A stretch of DNA of 62,283 nucleotides from a phage: sequence record PZ793367.1, one strand, 5' to 3'. Both the position numbers and the translations under genes were made by a program. The notes under the pieces were generated by a model. The model worked only from the letters and a program-made list of their open reading frames with translations, ran no database searches and was not told where the DNA came from. Numbering within the stretch: position 1 is the stretch's first letter; each line of letters begins with the position of its first letter. Positions 19,322 to 29,750 of the stretch are shown here, piece by piece.

Positions 19322-20280
19322 TGGCACAGGCACAAGGCGGTACCGCAGGTAGCTCATCAACCCGTGGTAACGGCAGCTTATCGGCTGGCGCATCTTCGCG
19401 TGGCGGCGGCTTAGGCGGTGGCCTCGGTGGTAGCAACGGCGGCAGCAATAACGCGGGTAACAGCAAAGGTAACGCTGCGTCGAGCAATGCGGCCAGTGGG
19501 GCTTCAGCAGGCGCAGCAGCGGCAGGCGCAACGGCGGCAGCGGCAGGTGACTCTAAGCAGACTGGCGGCAGCCTCATGGGCGGTCTGAAGTCGGCGGTGG
19601 ATAGCGCACGTTCTTCACGCACCGCAGCAGCCGCACCGTCAACCAGCGCACCACAAGGTACTTTGTCGGCGTCCGACGTTGCAGGCATTGACAGCGAAAG
19701 CCATTCAGCCGCTGCGAACCTGGCAGCACGCGATCAAGGTTTCCGTGACACAGCTAACGCTAAGACCACCGCAGCAACAATGGGCGGCCTCGGTATGGCT
19801 GGTAGTCTCGTAGGCAATCTTGCCAGTAAACTGACAGCAGCGGCAGCACCGACTGAAGGTAGCGACCTGAGCGCTAACCACAACGTTGGTAAGGCGTGGG
19901 CTAACAGCGTCGGTCCCAGCAAAACTGTGAGCATGGCTGCAAGCCTGGCTGGCGGTATTCTCGGCGGTCCTATCGGTTCCGCACTGGCTGGCTTCGCGCT
20001 GGGTATCGCTAACGATCAGGCGGCCAAAGCAGCTAACCCGCAAGCGATGGCCGCTACACCACAGCAGATTGCCAACCGCGCTACGTTCGGTCAGCAGGCT
20101 GGTACCAGCAGTTCCGACCAGTACGATGCTACAGGTGCCAGTTCCGATACCGGCAATAGCGGCAGCAACATGATGGCATCCATGAGCGCAGCAGCACAAC
20201 CTGGCGCTGGCTTCCAGGCGGCTGGCGATTTCAGCGAGCAGCGTAAAGTGGACAACCTCAACTTAGGGAGCATCATCTAA
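19321..20280 (+). CDS. Gly/Ala/Ser-rich low-complexity virion protein
   Basis: 319 aa, AAGGAG RBS; GGLGGGLGGSNGGSNNAGNSKGNAASSNAASGASAGAAAAGATAAAAG. Confidence 0.5.
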   Translation: MAQAQGGTAGSSSTRGNGSLSAGASSRGGGLGGGLGGSNGGSNNAGNSKGNAASSNAASGASAGAAAAGATAAAAGDSKQTGGSLMGGLKSAVDSARSSRTAAAAPSTSAPQGTLSASDVAGIDSESHSAAANLAARDQGFRDTANAKTTAATMGGLGMAGSLVGNLASKLTAAAAPTEGSDLSANHNVGKAWANSVGPSKTVSMAASLAGGILGGPIGSALAGFALGIANDQAAKAANPQAMAATPQQIANRATFGQQAGTSSSDQYDATGASSDTGNSGSNMMASMSAAAQPGAGFQAAGDFSEQRKVDNLNLGSII

Positions 20281-20837
20281 TGGGCGTTAGCCAGGAATAT
20301 ATCGACCAGCAGCGATACTACGCTGACGCGGTGCAGGCATATAAAGCCAACGGTATGAACCACAACGCCGCCTGGAAAAAGGCGGAAGCTGATTGGGCCG
20401 CAGGTGAGCGTAACGTCGCCCGGAACGCCGACACCACTGGTTACAAACCTCAGAACGCTGACACCAAAGCGTCACAGGGTGTTGTCCCGGCGTCGCAGCG
20501 TAACAAGGATGGTACCCCTATCAACACGGCAAGTTCCGGCAGTAACAATAGCGGCAACTCTACTGAAGCCGTGCGCTACCGTGGTTCAACATCACAGACC
20601 CGCGTGGGTACCGATACCCGCGTGCGTGGTGGTACCGAAGCATCCAAAGCTGGTCAGGGCATGGGTAACACCGATCAGGGTATGGCTGCGGCAATGAAGA
20701 GTGCCACAGGCAAACAATTCGCTGACTCCAGTGACGTTCAACCCGTGGCCTCCAAGCAGAACGCATGGCAGGGAAACCGGACTCCGGTTAATCTGGCTTC
20801 CGTACAGCAACGTGTGTTAAAGTCTATCGGTCAATAA
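20280..20837 (+). CDS. hypothetical virion protein
   Basis: 185 aa, AGGGAG RBS, Thr/Gly/Ser-rich. Confidence 0.5.
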   Translation: MGVSQEYIDQQRYYADAVQAYKANGMNHNAAWKKAEADWAAGERNVARNADTTGYKPQNADTKASQGVVPASQRNKDGTPINTASSGSNNSGNSTEAVRYRGSTSQTRVGTDTRVRGGTEASKAGQGMGNTDQGMAAAMKSATGKQFADSSDVQPVASKQNAWQGNRTPVNLASVQQRVLKSIGQ

Positions 20838-20852
20838 ATTAAGGGGCGAATT

Positions 20853-21539
20853 ATGTCAATGATGGATGCAATGAGTATGGGCGGCCAGCCTCCGCAGCAG
20901 GAAACGCAGGCACCACAGACTCAACCAATGGACCAGAAGACGTTGCGTATGGGCGGCGATGACCCTGCGGAAATGGAGAAGCTCTATAACAAAGTTATGG
21001 CGCTGATCTCTTCCGAGATTTGGGAAGGTCAGGGTGCCGACCAGGTGTCTGCACAGTTGATGGAAGATGACTCTGAGCCAGCCGAGGTTGTCGGCAAGTT
21101 CACTGGCTTCTATCTTATGATGGCTACTGCCGCTGCCAGAACTAACGGTGGTTCATTCCCGCCTGTGGTTATCGTGGGTGCTGCCGCAGAGACGTCGAGT
21201 CAGCTTACTGATCTGGCGCTTATGCTGAAACTGATCTCCCCGGAAGAAGCGGACGATACCGCAGACGCTGGCGCACTGATTGGTCTGGAAGTTCTCATCG
21301 CCCAGGGCGGTAACCAGATGGCACCTGAAGAGAAACAGGAATACGCCGACATCGTTAAGGCTGTCATCAACGCATCGCCGAACGCTCAGGAAATCGCTGA
21401 GGAAGGTGCCGAGGATGCCATCGAAGAAGTTGAAGAAATGGGCGCACCGGACGACAGCGCTGAAGAGATGGAAGCACAGACCGATGTTGATATGGCAGAG
21501 AAACCGCAGGGCATGGCCGCTGCAATGGGAGGCGCGTAA
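20853..21539 (+). CDS. acidic virion protein
   Basis: 228 aa, AAGGGG RBS, strongly acidic C-terminus. Confidence 0.5.
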   Translation: MSMMDAMSMGGQPPQQETQAPQTQPMDQKTLRMGGDDPAEMEKLYNKVMALISSEIWEGQGADQVSAQLMEDDSEPAEVVGKFTGFYLMMATAAARTNGGSFPPVVIVGAAAETSSQLTDLALMLKLISPEEADDTADAGALIGLEVLIAQGGNQMAPEEKQEYADIVKAVINASPNAQEIAEEGAEDAIEEVEEMGAPDDSAEEMEAQTDVDMAEKPQGMAAAMGGA

Positions 21540-22393
21540 TGAGTATCGGTGAAGCACTGGCGGCAATGTTTGCAGGTGCAGCAGGTGAAGCGGCAGGTAA
21601 CCGCGCGACTGAAATCCGTGACGAAGAAAAAGCTCGTCTGGCAGAAGCACGCGAACTGAAAATGATGGCGCTCCAGCAGAAGTACCAGACGTCCGAGCGT
21701 GAGGCCAGTCAGGCTTACGGTACGTCCGAGCGTAAGGATACTCAGGCTTACAACTCTGCCGAGAAGCAGAAAGACCGTGACTTCCAGTCTTCCGAGCGTC
21801 AGGCATCACAGGCATTCCAGGCTGGCGAGAATGCTAAGTCACGCGCGGCTCAGGCTGGTAGCGATGGTGTTGGTCCAAACGGTAAGCGTCTGCAAGGTAC
21901 ACCGCAGATGGAGAAAGACGAAGACGGCAACATGACGGGTCGTATGATCTTTACCTATCGTGACGGTACCGTGCAGGTTAAAGCCATTGACGATCTGCCG
22001 GGTGGCGACGCTGACACCAAATCCAGCAAAGCACAGCGTGAGTCCGACGCGGCTGCGTATGCTAAGAAGCGTGTCAGCGAGCAAGCTGGCCTCCTGTCAT
22101 CCGATAAGGAAGACTTCAAAGATTATGGTGGTAGTCGCACCAAAGCTGAAGAAGCCTACAAGCAGGAGTATCTCAACAAGAACAAAGGTGGCGGCAGCAA
22201 TGAAGAGTTACCGGGCAGCGGTCCTAAGTTCCAGGAGGGCGCAGATCTGGCGACTAAGGAAGCTGAGAAAGGATACACCGCTAACCAGCAAGCCATGATC
22301 GCTCGCGTTAAGGAGAAGTACCCTGACGCATCCGATGACCAAATCGCGGCGGCCATTCGTGCTAATCCGCAATATGCACCAATGTTCAAATAA
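21539..22393 (+). CDS. hypothetical virion protein with SER-ASQA repeats
   Basis: 284 aa, GGGAGG RBS; four TSEREASQAY-like repeats. Confidence 0.5.
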   Translation: MSIGEALAAMFAGAAGEAAGNRATEIRDEEKARLAEARELKMMALQQKYQTSEREASQAYGTSERKDTQAYNSAEKQKDRDFQSSERQASQAFQAGENAKSRAAQAGSDGVGPNGKRLQGTPQMEKDEDGNMTGRMIFTYRDGTVQVKAIDDLPGGDADTKSSKAQRESDAAAYAKKRVSEQAGLLSSDKEDFKDYGGSRTKAEEAYKQEYLNKNKGGGSNEELPGSGPKFQEGADLATKEAEKGYTANQQAMIARVKEKYPDASDDQIAAAIRANPQYAPMFK

Positions 22394-22434
22394 ATGTGCT
22401 ATGCTTCCCCTATCAACAAGGGGGAGCATTTCTA

Positions 22435-25400
22435 ATGGCTAGTAACATCGACCTTTCTGGACTGGACTTATCCCAGCCAAATCAACAACCTGCAACGAAG
22501 AAGTCTGAAAAGACTGCACCTGCTATTGACCTGTCGACGGTTAACTTTGACCTGAGCGACGTAGACTTTTCCGGTATTGGAAATGAGAAGGCTGTCACAG
22601 AACCAGCAAAAGAAGATAGCTGGGGCGACGTAATTTACAAATCTCTCGCCGCGATGCCTGAGCGTATGCAACGTTCATGGCAGGGTATCAAACAAGGCGT
22701 GGCCGTTAAAGGTCAAGACCTGACTGACGGGGTGCTGGCTGAACGCCTGCGTAACGATCCGTCATATGCTGCCGAACTGGGGATTGACCCGGCTACCTTT
22801 ACCGCTGCCGAAGGCGACACGTATGCGACCAAACTGCAAAAGAATAAAGCTCTCTACGCCGCTATTGATAAAGCGAAGGCCGCAGAACTGAATAAGGATG
22901 CCGACTTTGTTGCCGCGCGTGATGAAGGTCTTCGCCTGTCAAACGAGATTGCCAAAACTGCACCGAAGACTGGTGACGAGTGGTCAGCTAAAAACCTGGT
23001 ATCCACAATCCTCACTGGCGCGCAGGACATGTCTCCGGCAATCCTGACGTCCATCCTGTTGAAGCGTCCGGTCGCTGGCCTCGCTGAGATGACTGGTCAG
23101 GCGTACGGTTCCTACTATCAGGACTCAATCGACAAAGGTCTGTCTCCGGCAGAAGCCGATAACCGCGCTACCATGTTCGCCGCACTGGAACCAATCACTG
23201 AAGCGGTACCGCTGGGCCTCATCATGAAGAAGGGTGCGACTAGCCTGACTGACCTCGGTAAGTCTGCAATGGCTGAAGGTATCCAGGAGTCCGCTACCCA
23301 GGCTATCCAGAACGGTTACGACATTGGTGTGCTTGACGAAGATATGACGGTAGGCCAGTTCCTGAATGACGTGGCGTTCTCCGGTGTAACTGGTGCTGGC
23401 GTAGGTGGCGTGCTGCATGGCGCGGTGCAAGCTCCCGGCATGGTCAAAGACTGGAAGGATAACCGCTCTGTTAACAACGCTATCGGTGACGCTGCGGCTG
23501 AGTCCGGTCAGGCGGTAGAAGGCGTGGACCCGAACGAGTACGACGCTGTGCGTGCTGAGATGGGCGGCGGTGACGTGCTGGACCAGATGGTTGAACAGGC
23601 ATCTCCTGCAATCACTGAAGCTCGCAAGTCTGCCTACATGGAAGCGCGCGCCCAGGGTATGTCTCCGGCTGAAGCGATGGCCGCATCCCGTGAAGTCGGT
23701 GAAGTCGACGCTATGGATCAGATGGTCAGCGAACTGTTCGACTCCCCGGACTCCATCTACTATGCGAACAAGGCAAGCGCCACTAACGCACCGCAGTCTG
23801 TAGCACAGATGGTACAGCAGCAGGTAGCGCAGGGTGACATTGGTCCGCTTCCGGGCGAGACTAAAGGTCTGCCGTCTCCGGGGCAAACTTCCACCATCGC
23901 TATGCCCGGTCCAGTTGCGCAGGTTAAAGAGGCCACTGGCTACAATCCACGCGGTGCGGCTGAAGAGTCTCCGGTACTGGCAGCAGTCCAGCAGAAACTG
24001 GAAGCGCCAGCACTGCCGCCGCAGGTTACTGAAGCTGTGGTACCGCCAGCACTGCCGCCTAAAGCTGAAGTGACTCCGCCTGCGTTACCGCAGATTGACG
24101 TAGCCGCTGCACTGGAACCTACCGTTCCTGCCGCTGAGCCAGCCGCTGCCGAGGTTAAACCGAAGCCAGCACTGTTTGCCCGTACCAAAAAGAAAGCCGC
24201 GCCAGAAGTCGATACAGAAGCACTGGCCGCCGAAGAAGCACGTCAGGCAGAACTGAAGGCGAAAGGTGACGAGGCTGTAGCCAAATACGTTGAGCGTGAA
24301 TCCGTGCGTCCGGCGTTACCGGGTAAGAAGCCGCCAGCTATTCAGGTCACCAACAAGATCCTGAAGGAAGCCAACGAGCGTGGCGTTGACGTCGGCAATA
24401 AAGTGAACTGGAACGGCAAGGAGTATTCCGTCGATAAATTCCAGGGCCGTGCTGTACGTCTGGTTGATGAGAACGGCAACGGTCACATTGTTGATGCCCG
24501 TGAAATCAACGTGCCATCTGTGGTACCGGAAGGTATGAAGCGTGTATCCCAGGAAACCAAAGACGCCCGTGAGCGTTACGACCTGGCCCCTGTAGAGTTC
24601 GAAGATGAGCGCAACCTGGGTGAGATGGTTACCGATGCACAGCAGGCGACCGACGATGTACTGGCGCAGTCTGCCGAAGTTCAGCGTGACCTGGGTGAGA
24701 TGATCGCTGAGAAGGAGAAGGACAACGCCGCAATTGAAGGTGAGTCCACTCGCGTTACCGACGTTGAAGGTCGTGTTGGTTTTGAACCAGTGGAAGGTAC
24801 CGACCTGGACGGGAAGTATGCGAAAGACTCCCACGGTGAAGTCCGCAAGATTACTGGCGTGCAAGGTCGTCGCTTCGTGCTGGACAATGGCGACATCATG
24901 ATTCGTCGCATTGGTGACACCAACGTGATGGATGCTCCACCTAAAGGCGCACGTAAAGCGATGTCGATGGAGGAACGTATTGTAGCTAACACGCTGCAAG
25001 GTATGCTGCATTCACTGAACGATACCAAGCGTCCGCTAAACAAACTGCGCGAAAACATGTCTCACGCTAGTAATCAGGTTGATGAACAGTACCGTCATCT
25101 GTACGCGCCACTGAAGGGTAAGACTCGCGCGGCCATGCGTAAGGAACTGGAAGACCGCATGTCCAGTATCGCTGAGCAGTCACCTAAAGGTCTGAGCAAA
25201 GAAAGTCAGGCGACGGCTGACCGTCTGCGTGAGAAGTCTGCCGCACGCGTCGAGTCTTTCGAGAAGTCACTGGAAGATTTCACGCGTGGTATGAAACCGC
25301 TGGTACGTCGCAACTACATTCGCGCCCTGGAGAAGATCCAACCGGATGGTATTACCCTGAAGGAAACCATCGACCGTGCGTATGCCCGTGGCGATAAAAT

Positions 25401-28400
25401 TGACTCCCGTGACATGTCGGCACCAGCCAAACATTACGTGGCCTACAAAGAAGCTCGCGTACCGAAGAAGACTGACAAGCCGGACGTTACACCGGGCGTC
25501 GACTATCACACGCTGGTAGGTAAAACTTTCGAGGAAGACGGCGAGACGTTCACCGTCAAGTCTATTCACGATACGTACCTGGCTACCGAAGACTCACAAG
25601 GTCGTCGTGAGATTTTCGGCAAGGACTACGCTAAGCGTAAGATTGACAAGCAGTCCGGCGCGGCCAGCGTTAAACCTGCGACCGAGAAGAAAGGGATGTC
25701 GCCGGAAGATGTAGCCGTGGTTGCTACAGACTTCCTGAAGAAGTTCAAAGGTGCACAGGCGATCAACATGTCCGTCATGCAGCGTCAGGAAGACATGGGT
25801 ATCGACCTGCCGGAAGGTAGCGTACTGCTCGGCTTCTACGATGCTGGCAACGTGAGCGCCAAGCTGATCTCTGAAAACCTGACCAGCAAGGAAGAAGTGG
25901 AAGCGCTGTTGCGTCACGAAATCATCGTGCACTACGGCCTGCGCGCTCGCCTGTCTAAACCGGAATACGACGCTGAGATGGATAAAATCCTGGCCGCTGA
26001 TAAGTCCCCGGCGCTGGCGAAGTATTTCAAAACTGTACGCGAGCAATACAGCGACCTGTATGACATGAACTCACCTGACGCACAACGCATGATGGCTGAA
26101 GAAGTCCTGGCGCTGGCTGCGGAAAACCCGGCTATCCTGGAGAAGTCCAACGTCATCACCCGCGTGATTGAAGCTCTGCGTCAGTTGATGATTAAAGCCA
26201 AACTGATTGACGGTCGCGCCAGCATGGAGTCAGTACGCCAGCTTATTCAGGCCAACGCTCAGTACCTGCGTGACAACACTGTCAACCGTGACGACGTGCG
26301 TAAGTCTCTGCCGCCGATGCAGTACAGCGCGCCGCGTAACTTTGCCGCCAGCCTGAAAAAGAAAAATGACATCGAGTCTGCGGAAGTGGACGAAGACATC
26401 AAGCAGGGTATGCGTGACACCATGTACCGCGATGACCGCTCTCTGTTCCAGCGCATCAAAGACATCATGAAAGACAACGGTCTGACGATGGAAGGCTTAT
26501 ATCAGAAAGGCGTGGATGACCTGTACACCATCGCCAAATATGAGAAGGCTGGTAACAACGGTGAACTGCGTCAGGGTAAAGAGTCAGCGTACAAGATGGC
26601 AATGCTGGCGAAGAACGTGAACAGCACCGTGGCCGTCGCAATGAACCACGGCGCTCCGGTATACAAAGACGGTGGCATCAGCCTGAACAAGAACACCAAA
26701 GGCTTCACCGAAATCTTCAAGCCCGTGCTGGAGATGAAAGGTAACATGCTGCCAGTGTGGGAATACTGGGCGGGTGCTGTGCGTGCGCAGCGCTTGATGA
26801 AGGAAGGCCGCGAAAACCTGTATACCGAGAAGCAGATCAAAGACATTATCGACTATGTTAACCGTCGCCCGGAAATGCGTAAGGTGTTCAACCAGGCGCA
26901 CAAAGACTGGCGTGAGTTCAACAAAGCTATCCTCGACTTCGGTGAGCAAACTGGCATCGTGGATCCTGAACAGCGTAAACTGTTCGAGTCCGACGATTAC
27001 GTTCCGTTCTACCGTGTGGATGAGGAAGTGGACCGCGTGACAGCACCGTCTGGTAAACGTGGCCTCGCTGATCAGTCTTCCGGTATCCGCCGTCTGAAAG
27101 GTGGCGCTGGTAAGATGGACATCCTGGAGAACATGGCGCGTAACGTTAACCACATGATCACCTCCGGCTACAAGAACGCGGCCATGCAGAAGGTGCGTGA
27201 CATCACCATCAACGCAGCGCTGGAAGAAGTACCGCATAACTTCAAGCCAGTCGGCATCAGCAACGAGCAGATGAAACGTGCGCTGACCAACCTGGGTCTG
27301 AAGGTTGAAGGTATGACCGCTGAGCAGATGGCGCAATACTCCAACCTGTTCACCGCAGTAGCACCGCAGGGCGCTAACATTATCTCCGTGCGTGAAGGTG
27401 GTAAACCGAAGTATTACGAAGTGACGGATCCTCAGTTGCTGGAAGCTATCGCAGGTGTTGGCCCGGAAGCCGTTGATACCCTCATCAACATTCTCGGCTG
27501 GCCTAAGCGTGTGTTCACCGCAGCCGTGACGTCAACGCCTAACTTCGTTATGACCAACTTCGTACGTGACGTGATGGGTAACTATGTGCAGATGGCGAAA
27601 GCAACTGGCCGCAACGATACACCGACGATTGTCAAAGATGTACTGACATTCCGTCCGTTCTTCAAAGCGTTCCAGGGTGCGATGCGTTCCGTCCGTAACG
27701 ATGCGATGGCTGTCGATTATCATGTGGCTGGCGGCATGATGGGTGGCTACGACAACTCACGTCCAGAGTCGGTTGCCAAAAACATGCGCAAACTGGAGAA
27801 AGGCGGCACCATCATTAACTCACCGAAGAAGCTGTGGGAAATGTACAGCAAGTTGCTGACCGCATCTGAACAGGCCACGCGCATGGGTGTTTACGAAGAT
27901 GTCCTGAAGCACACTGGGGATCCGGTGGAAGCTGCATACCAGTCTAACGATGTGCTGAACTTCAGCCGCCGTGGCAGCAGCCGTTTGACTAAAGCTGTAA
28001 TGGCGATTACCCCGTTCCTGAATGCCCGTGTGCAGGGTCTGGACCGTATGGTGCGCGGTGGTAAAGAGAACCCGAAAGCCTTCATGCTGAAAGGTGCTCT
28101 GCTTGTTGGTGCAACGATGACCCTTATGGCAATCAACGCAGACGACGAACGTTACTGGGCGCTGCCGGAACACGAACGTGATTCCTTCTGGATCATCTTC
28201 GCTGGCGACACTCGCTACCGTATCCCGAAACCGTTCGAACTGGGCGCACTGTTTGGTACTATCCCTGAGCGTGCATTCGAAGCGCTGTACCGTGACGACC
28301 GTATGTTCGGTGCACGCATGGGCTTCATGCTGGGTAACACCTTCGCAATGGACTGGCCTCAATTCTTCAAGCCGATCTATGAAGACCAGACCAACATGAA

Positions 28401-29028
28401 CAGCTTTACTCAGCGTCCGGTTGTACCGCAGTCACTGCAACGTCTGGAAGCTAACCAGCAGTACAGCACCACGACACCGGAGTGGATTAAGGATGTGAGC
28501 AAGGCGTTACCTGAAGCTGCCCCGGAATGGATGCGTAGTCCGCTGCGTCTCCAGCATATGATTGAAGGTTACACCGGAACAGTCGGTCAGTACATCATCG
28601 GCGTAACGGACGTGGCCTATCGCAAAGGAACCGGTACCGAAAAAGTTGCCCCGGCTAAAAAGGATTTCGATTACCCGGTGGTGAAAACTTTCGTACGTGG
28701 CGGTGTGTCCGGCGACAAATACACCGACCGTCTGTACCAGATGAGCGAGAAGGCTGGTCAAACGTACGGTACCCTGAAGGCGTACAAAGACCAGAAGAAC
28801 ATGCAGGCGTATCGGGAATTTAAAACCGAGAAGGCCAGCGTGTTGTCTGCCCGTAAGTCAATTGAGAAGGGCGTTGCCCGGATGCAGAAGTACAACCGCC
28901 AGACGAAAGAGATTTACGCGAACGACAGTATGTCACCTGAAGCGAAGCGTGCAGAACTGGATGCCTTGCAGGTTAAGAAGAACGAACTGGCGAAAGAATT
29001 GAGTGACAAATATTGGATGTTGTTTTAA
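22435..29028 (+). CDS. giant virion-associated protein (putative internal/ejection protein)
   Basis: 2,197 aa from ATG at 22435 (AAGGGGGAG RBS); last gene of late operon; hydrophobic helices near C-terminus; no RNA polymerase motifs recognised. Confidence 0.6.
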   Translation: MASNIDLSGLDLSQPNQQPATKKSEKTAPAIDLSTVNFDLSDVDFSGIGNEKAVTEPAKEDSWGDVIYKSLAAMPERMQRSWQGIKQGVAVKGQDLTDGVLAERLRNDPSYAAELGIDPATFTAAEGDTYATKLQKNKALYAAIDKAKAAELNKDADFVAARDEGLRLSNEIAKTAPKTGDEWSAKNLVSTILTGAQDMSPAILTSILLKRPVAGLAEMTGQAYGSYYQDSIDKGLSPAEADNRATMFAALEPITEAVPLGLIMKKGATSLTDLGKSAMAEGIQESATQAIQNGYDIGVLDEDMTVGQFLNDVAFSGVTGAGVGGVLHGAVQAPGMVKDWKDNRSVNNAIGDAAAESGQAVEGVDPNEYDAVRAEMGGGDVLDQMVEQASPAITEARKSAYMEARAQGMSPAEAMAASREVGEVDAMDQMVSELFDSPDSIYYANKASATNAPQSVAQMVQQQVAQGDIGPLPGETKGLPSPGQTSTIAMPGPVAQVKEATGYNPRGAAEESPVLAAVQQKLEAPALPPQVTEAVVPPALPPKAEVTPPALPQIDVAAALEPTVPAAEPAAAEVKPKPALFARTKKKAAPEVDTEALAAEEARQAELKAKGDEAVAKYVERESVRPALPGKKPPAIQVTNKILKEANERGVDVGNKVNWNGKEYSVDKFQGRAVRLVDENGNGHIVDAREINVPSVVPEGMKRVSQETKDARERYDLAPVEFEDERNLGEMVTDAQQATDDVLAQSAEVQRDLGEMIAEKEKDNAAIEGESTRVTDVEGRVGFEPVEGTDLDGKYAKDSHGEVRKITGVQGRRFVLDNGDIMIRRIGDTNVMDAPPKGARKAMSMEERIVANTLQGMLHSLNDTKRPLNKLRENMSHASNQVDEQYRHLYAPLKGKTRAAMRKELEDRMSSIAEQSPKGLSKESQATADRLREKSAARVESFEKSLEDFTRGMKPLVRRNYIRALEKIQPDGITLKETIDRAYARGDKIDSRDMSAPAKHYVAYKEARVPKKTDKPDVTPGVDYHTLVGKTFEEDGETFTVKSIHDTYLATEDSQGRREIFGKDYAKRKIDKQSGAASVKPATEKKGMSPEDVAVVATDFLKKFKGAQAINMSVMQRQEDMGIDLPEGSVLLGFYDAGNVSAKLISENLTSKEEVEALLRHEIIVHYGLRARLSKPEYDAEMDKILAADKSPALAKYFKTVREQYSDLYDMNSPDAQRMMAEEVLALAAENPAILEKSNVITRVIEALRQLMIKAKLIDGRASMESVRQLIQANAQYLRDNTVNRDDVRKSLPPMQYSAPRNFAASLKKKNDIESAEVDEDIKQGMRDTMYRDDRSLFQRIKDIMKDNGLTMEGLYQKGVDDLYTIAKYEKAGNNGELRQGKESAYKMAMLAKNVNSTVAVAMNHGAPVYKDGGISLNKNTKGFTEIFKPVLEMKGNMLPVWEYWAGAVRAQRLMKEGRENLYTEKQIKDIIDYVNRRPEMRKVFNQAHKDWREFNKAILDFGEQTGIVDPEQRKLFESDDYVPFYRVDEEVDRVTAPSGKRGLADQSSGIRRLKGGAGKMDILENMARNVNHMITSGYKNAAMQKVRDITINAALEEVPHNFKPVGISNEQMKRALTNLGLKVEGMTAEQMAQYSNLFTAVAPQGANIISVREGGKPKYYEVTDPQLLEAIAGVGPEAVDTLINILGWPKRVFTAAVTSTPNFVMTNFVRDVMGNYVQMAKATGRNDTPTIVKDVLTFRPFFKAFQGAMRSVRNDAMAVDYHVAGGMMGGYDNSRPESVAKNMRKLEKGGTIINSPKKLWEMYSKLLTASEQATRMGVYEDVLKHTGDPVEAAYQSNDVLNFSRRGSSRLTKAVMAITPFLNARVQGLDRMVRGGKENPKAFMLKGALLVGATMTLMAINADDERYWALPEHERDSFWIIFAGDTRYRIPKPFELGALFGTIPERAFEALYRDDRMFGARMGFMLGNTFAMDWPQFFKPIYEDQTNMNSFTQRPVVPQSLQRLEANQQYSTTTPEWIKDVSKALPEAAPEWMRSPLRLQHMIEGYTGTVGQYIIGVTDVAYRKGTGTEKVAPAKKDFDYPVVKTFVRGGVSGDKYTDRLYQMSEKAGQTYGTLKAYKDQKNMQAYREFKTEKASVLSARKSIEKGVARMQKYNRQTKEIYANDSMSPEAKRAELDALQVKKNELAKELSDKYWMLF

Positions 29029-29068
29029 TATTTAGATCTCGATGACATTCCCTGTAAATTGATAGCGC

Positions 29069-29099
29069 GCCCTTTCCACTTTGGTTAGGGCTTTTTTTT
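29069..29099 (+). terminator. rho-independent terminator closing the late operon
   Basis: GCCCT...AGGGC stem with internal CCA/TGG pairing followed by T8 tract. Confidence 0.55.
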
Positions 29100-29144
29100 A
29101 TGCTATGCTTTTGGTGGGAGTTCTAAGGGCATGGAGCATTTCAT

Positions 29145-29519
29145 ATGGACATGGGATATTACAACATGAACAAGCAAATCAGAGTGGAAATGCTTGTCGG
29201 CATGGTGACATTAACGTGGTCAATCGTGGCGGCAGTATTCAAACAGCCAGTCATTATTGATGAGTTAACTGGTATCATGCCTGGCGCATGGTGGGTATTC
29301 TCAGGCATTGTAATTGGTGGCGCTCAGATCTATATCTCCCGCAACCCTGAGCGATGGATGGGAACATTCAGCCACTGGTGTGTAGCATTCTTCAGTTGTA
29401 TCTTCTGGTGTTATCTCGGCATGGCCGCACAAGCCGCCGCAGTCGGAGTAGTTCCCATCCTGATTTTCTGGTCTACCGCTGGCGTCACTTTATGGGAGTT
29501 GGCACATGTTCGAACTTAG
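29145..29519 (+). CDS. integral membrane protein (about 4 predicted TM helices)
   Basis: 124 aa with four hydrophobic segments; GGAG RBS. Confidence 0.5.
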   Translation: MDMGYYNMNKQIRVEMLVGMVTLTWSIVAAVFKQPVIIDELTGIMPGAWWVFSGIVIGGAQIYISRNPERWMGTFSHWCVAFFSCIFWCYLGMAAQAAAVGVVPILIFWSTAGVTLWELAHVRT

Positions 29520-29739
29520 TTCAATCCCGGTGGACGCTCCGTTACCTTTCATTGCGATCGCAGTGTTATTCAACCTGGTACGCCATGCGTTGAATCTTCA
29601 CCACGAACGTAAGAAAGAGGCGGCGGAAGAGGCCACGAACGAAAGGATTGTTGTGTTGTCGTCGAAGCTGGCGAAGGCGGAACAGACTATCGAGCACTTG
29701 AGGGAAGAGGTGGAACGCTTGAAAAACAAAGGGGCTTAA
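29506..29739 (+). CDS. membrane-anchored coiled-coil protein (possible spanin-like or lysis accessory protein)
   Basis: N-terminal TM segment LPFIAIAVLFNLV then charged helical region; GGGAG RBS. Confidence 0.45.
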   Translation: MFELSSIPVDAPLPFIAIAVLFNLVRHALNLHHERKKEAAEEATNERIVVLSSKLAKAEQTIEHLREEVERLKNKGA

Positions 29740-29750
29740 CGCCCCTTTTT
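29728..29750. terminator. bidirectional rho-independent terminator at convergent gene junction
   Basis: AAAGGGGC-TTAAC-GCCCCTTTTT; stop codons of both converging genes lie in or next to the loop. Confidence 0.7.

Noticed and set aside
22396-22434. Upstream ATG at 22396 as the start of the giant gene.
   Set aside because: No RBS; the ATG at 22435 is preceded by AAGGGGGAG at ideal spacing.
22435-29028. Giant protein as a virion RNA polymerase.
   Set aside because: No T7-like RNA polymerase catalytic motifs were seen, and early genes carry host sigma70-type promoters.
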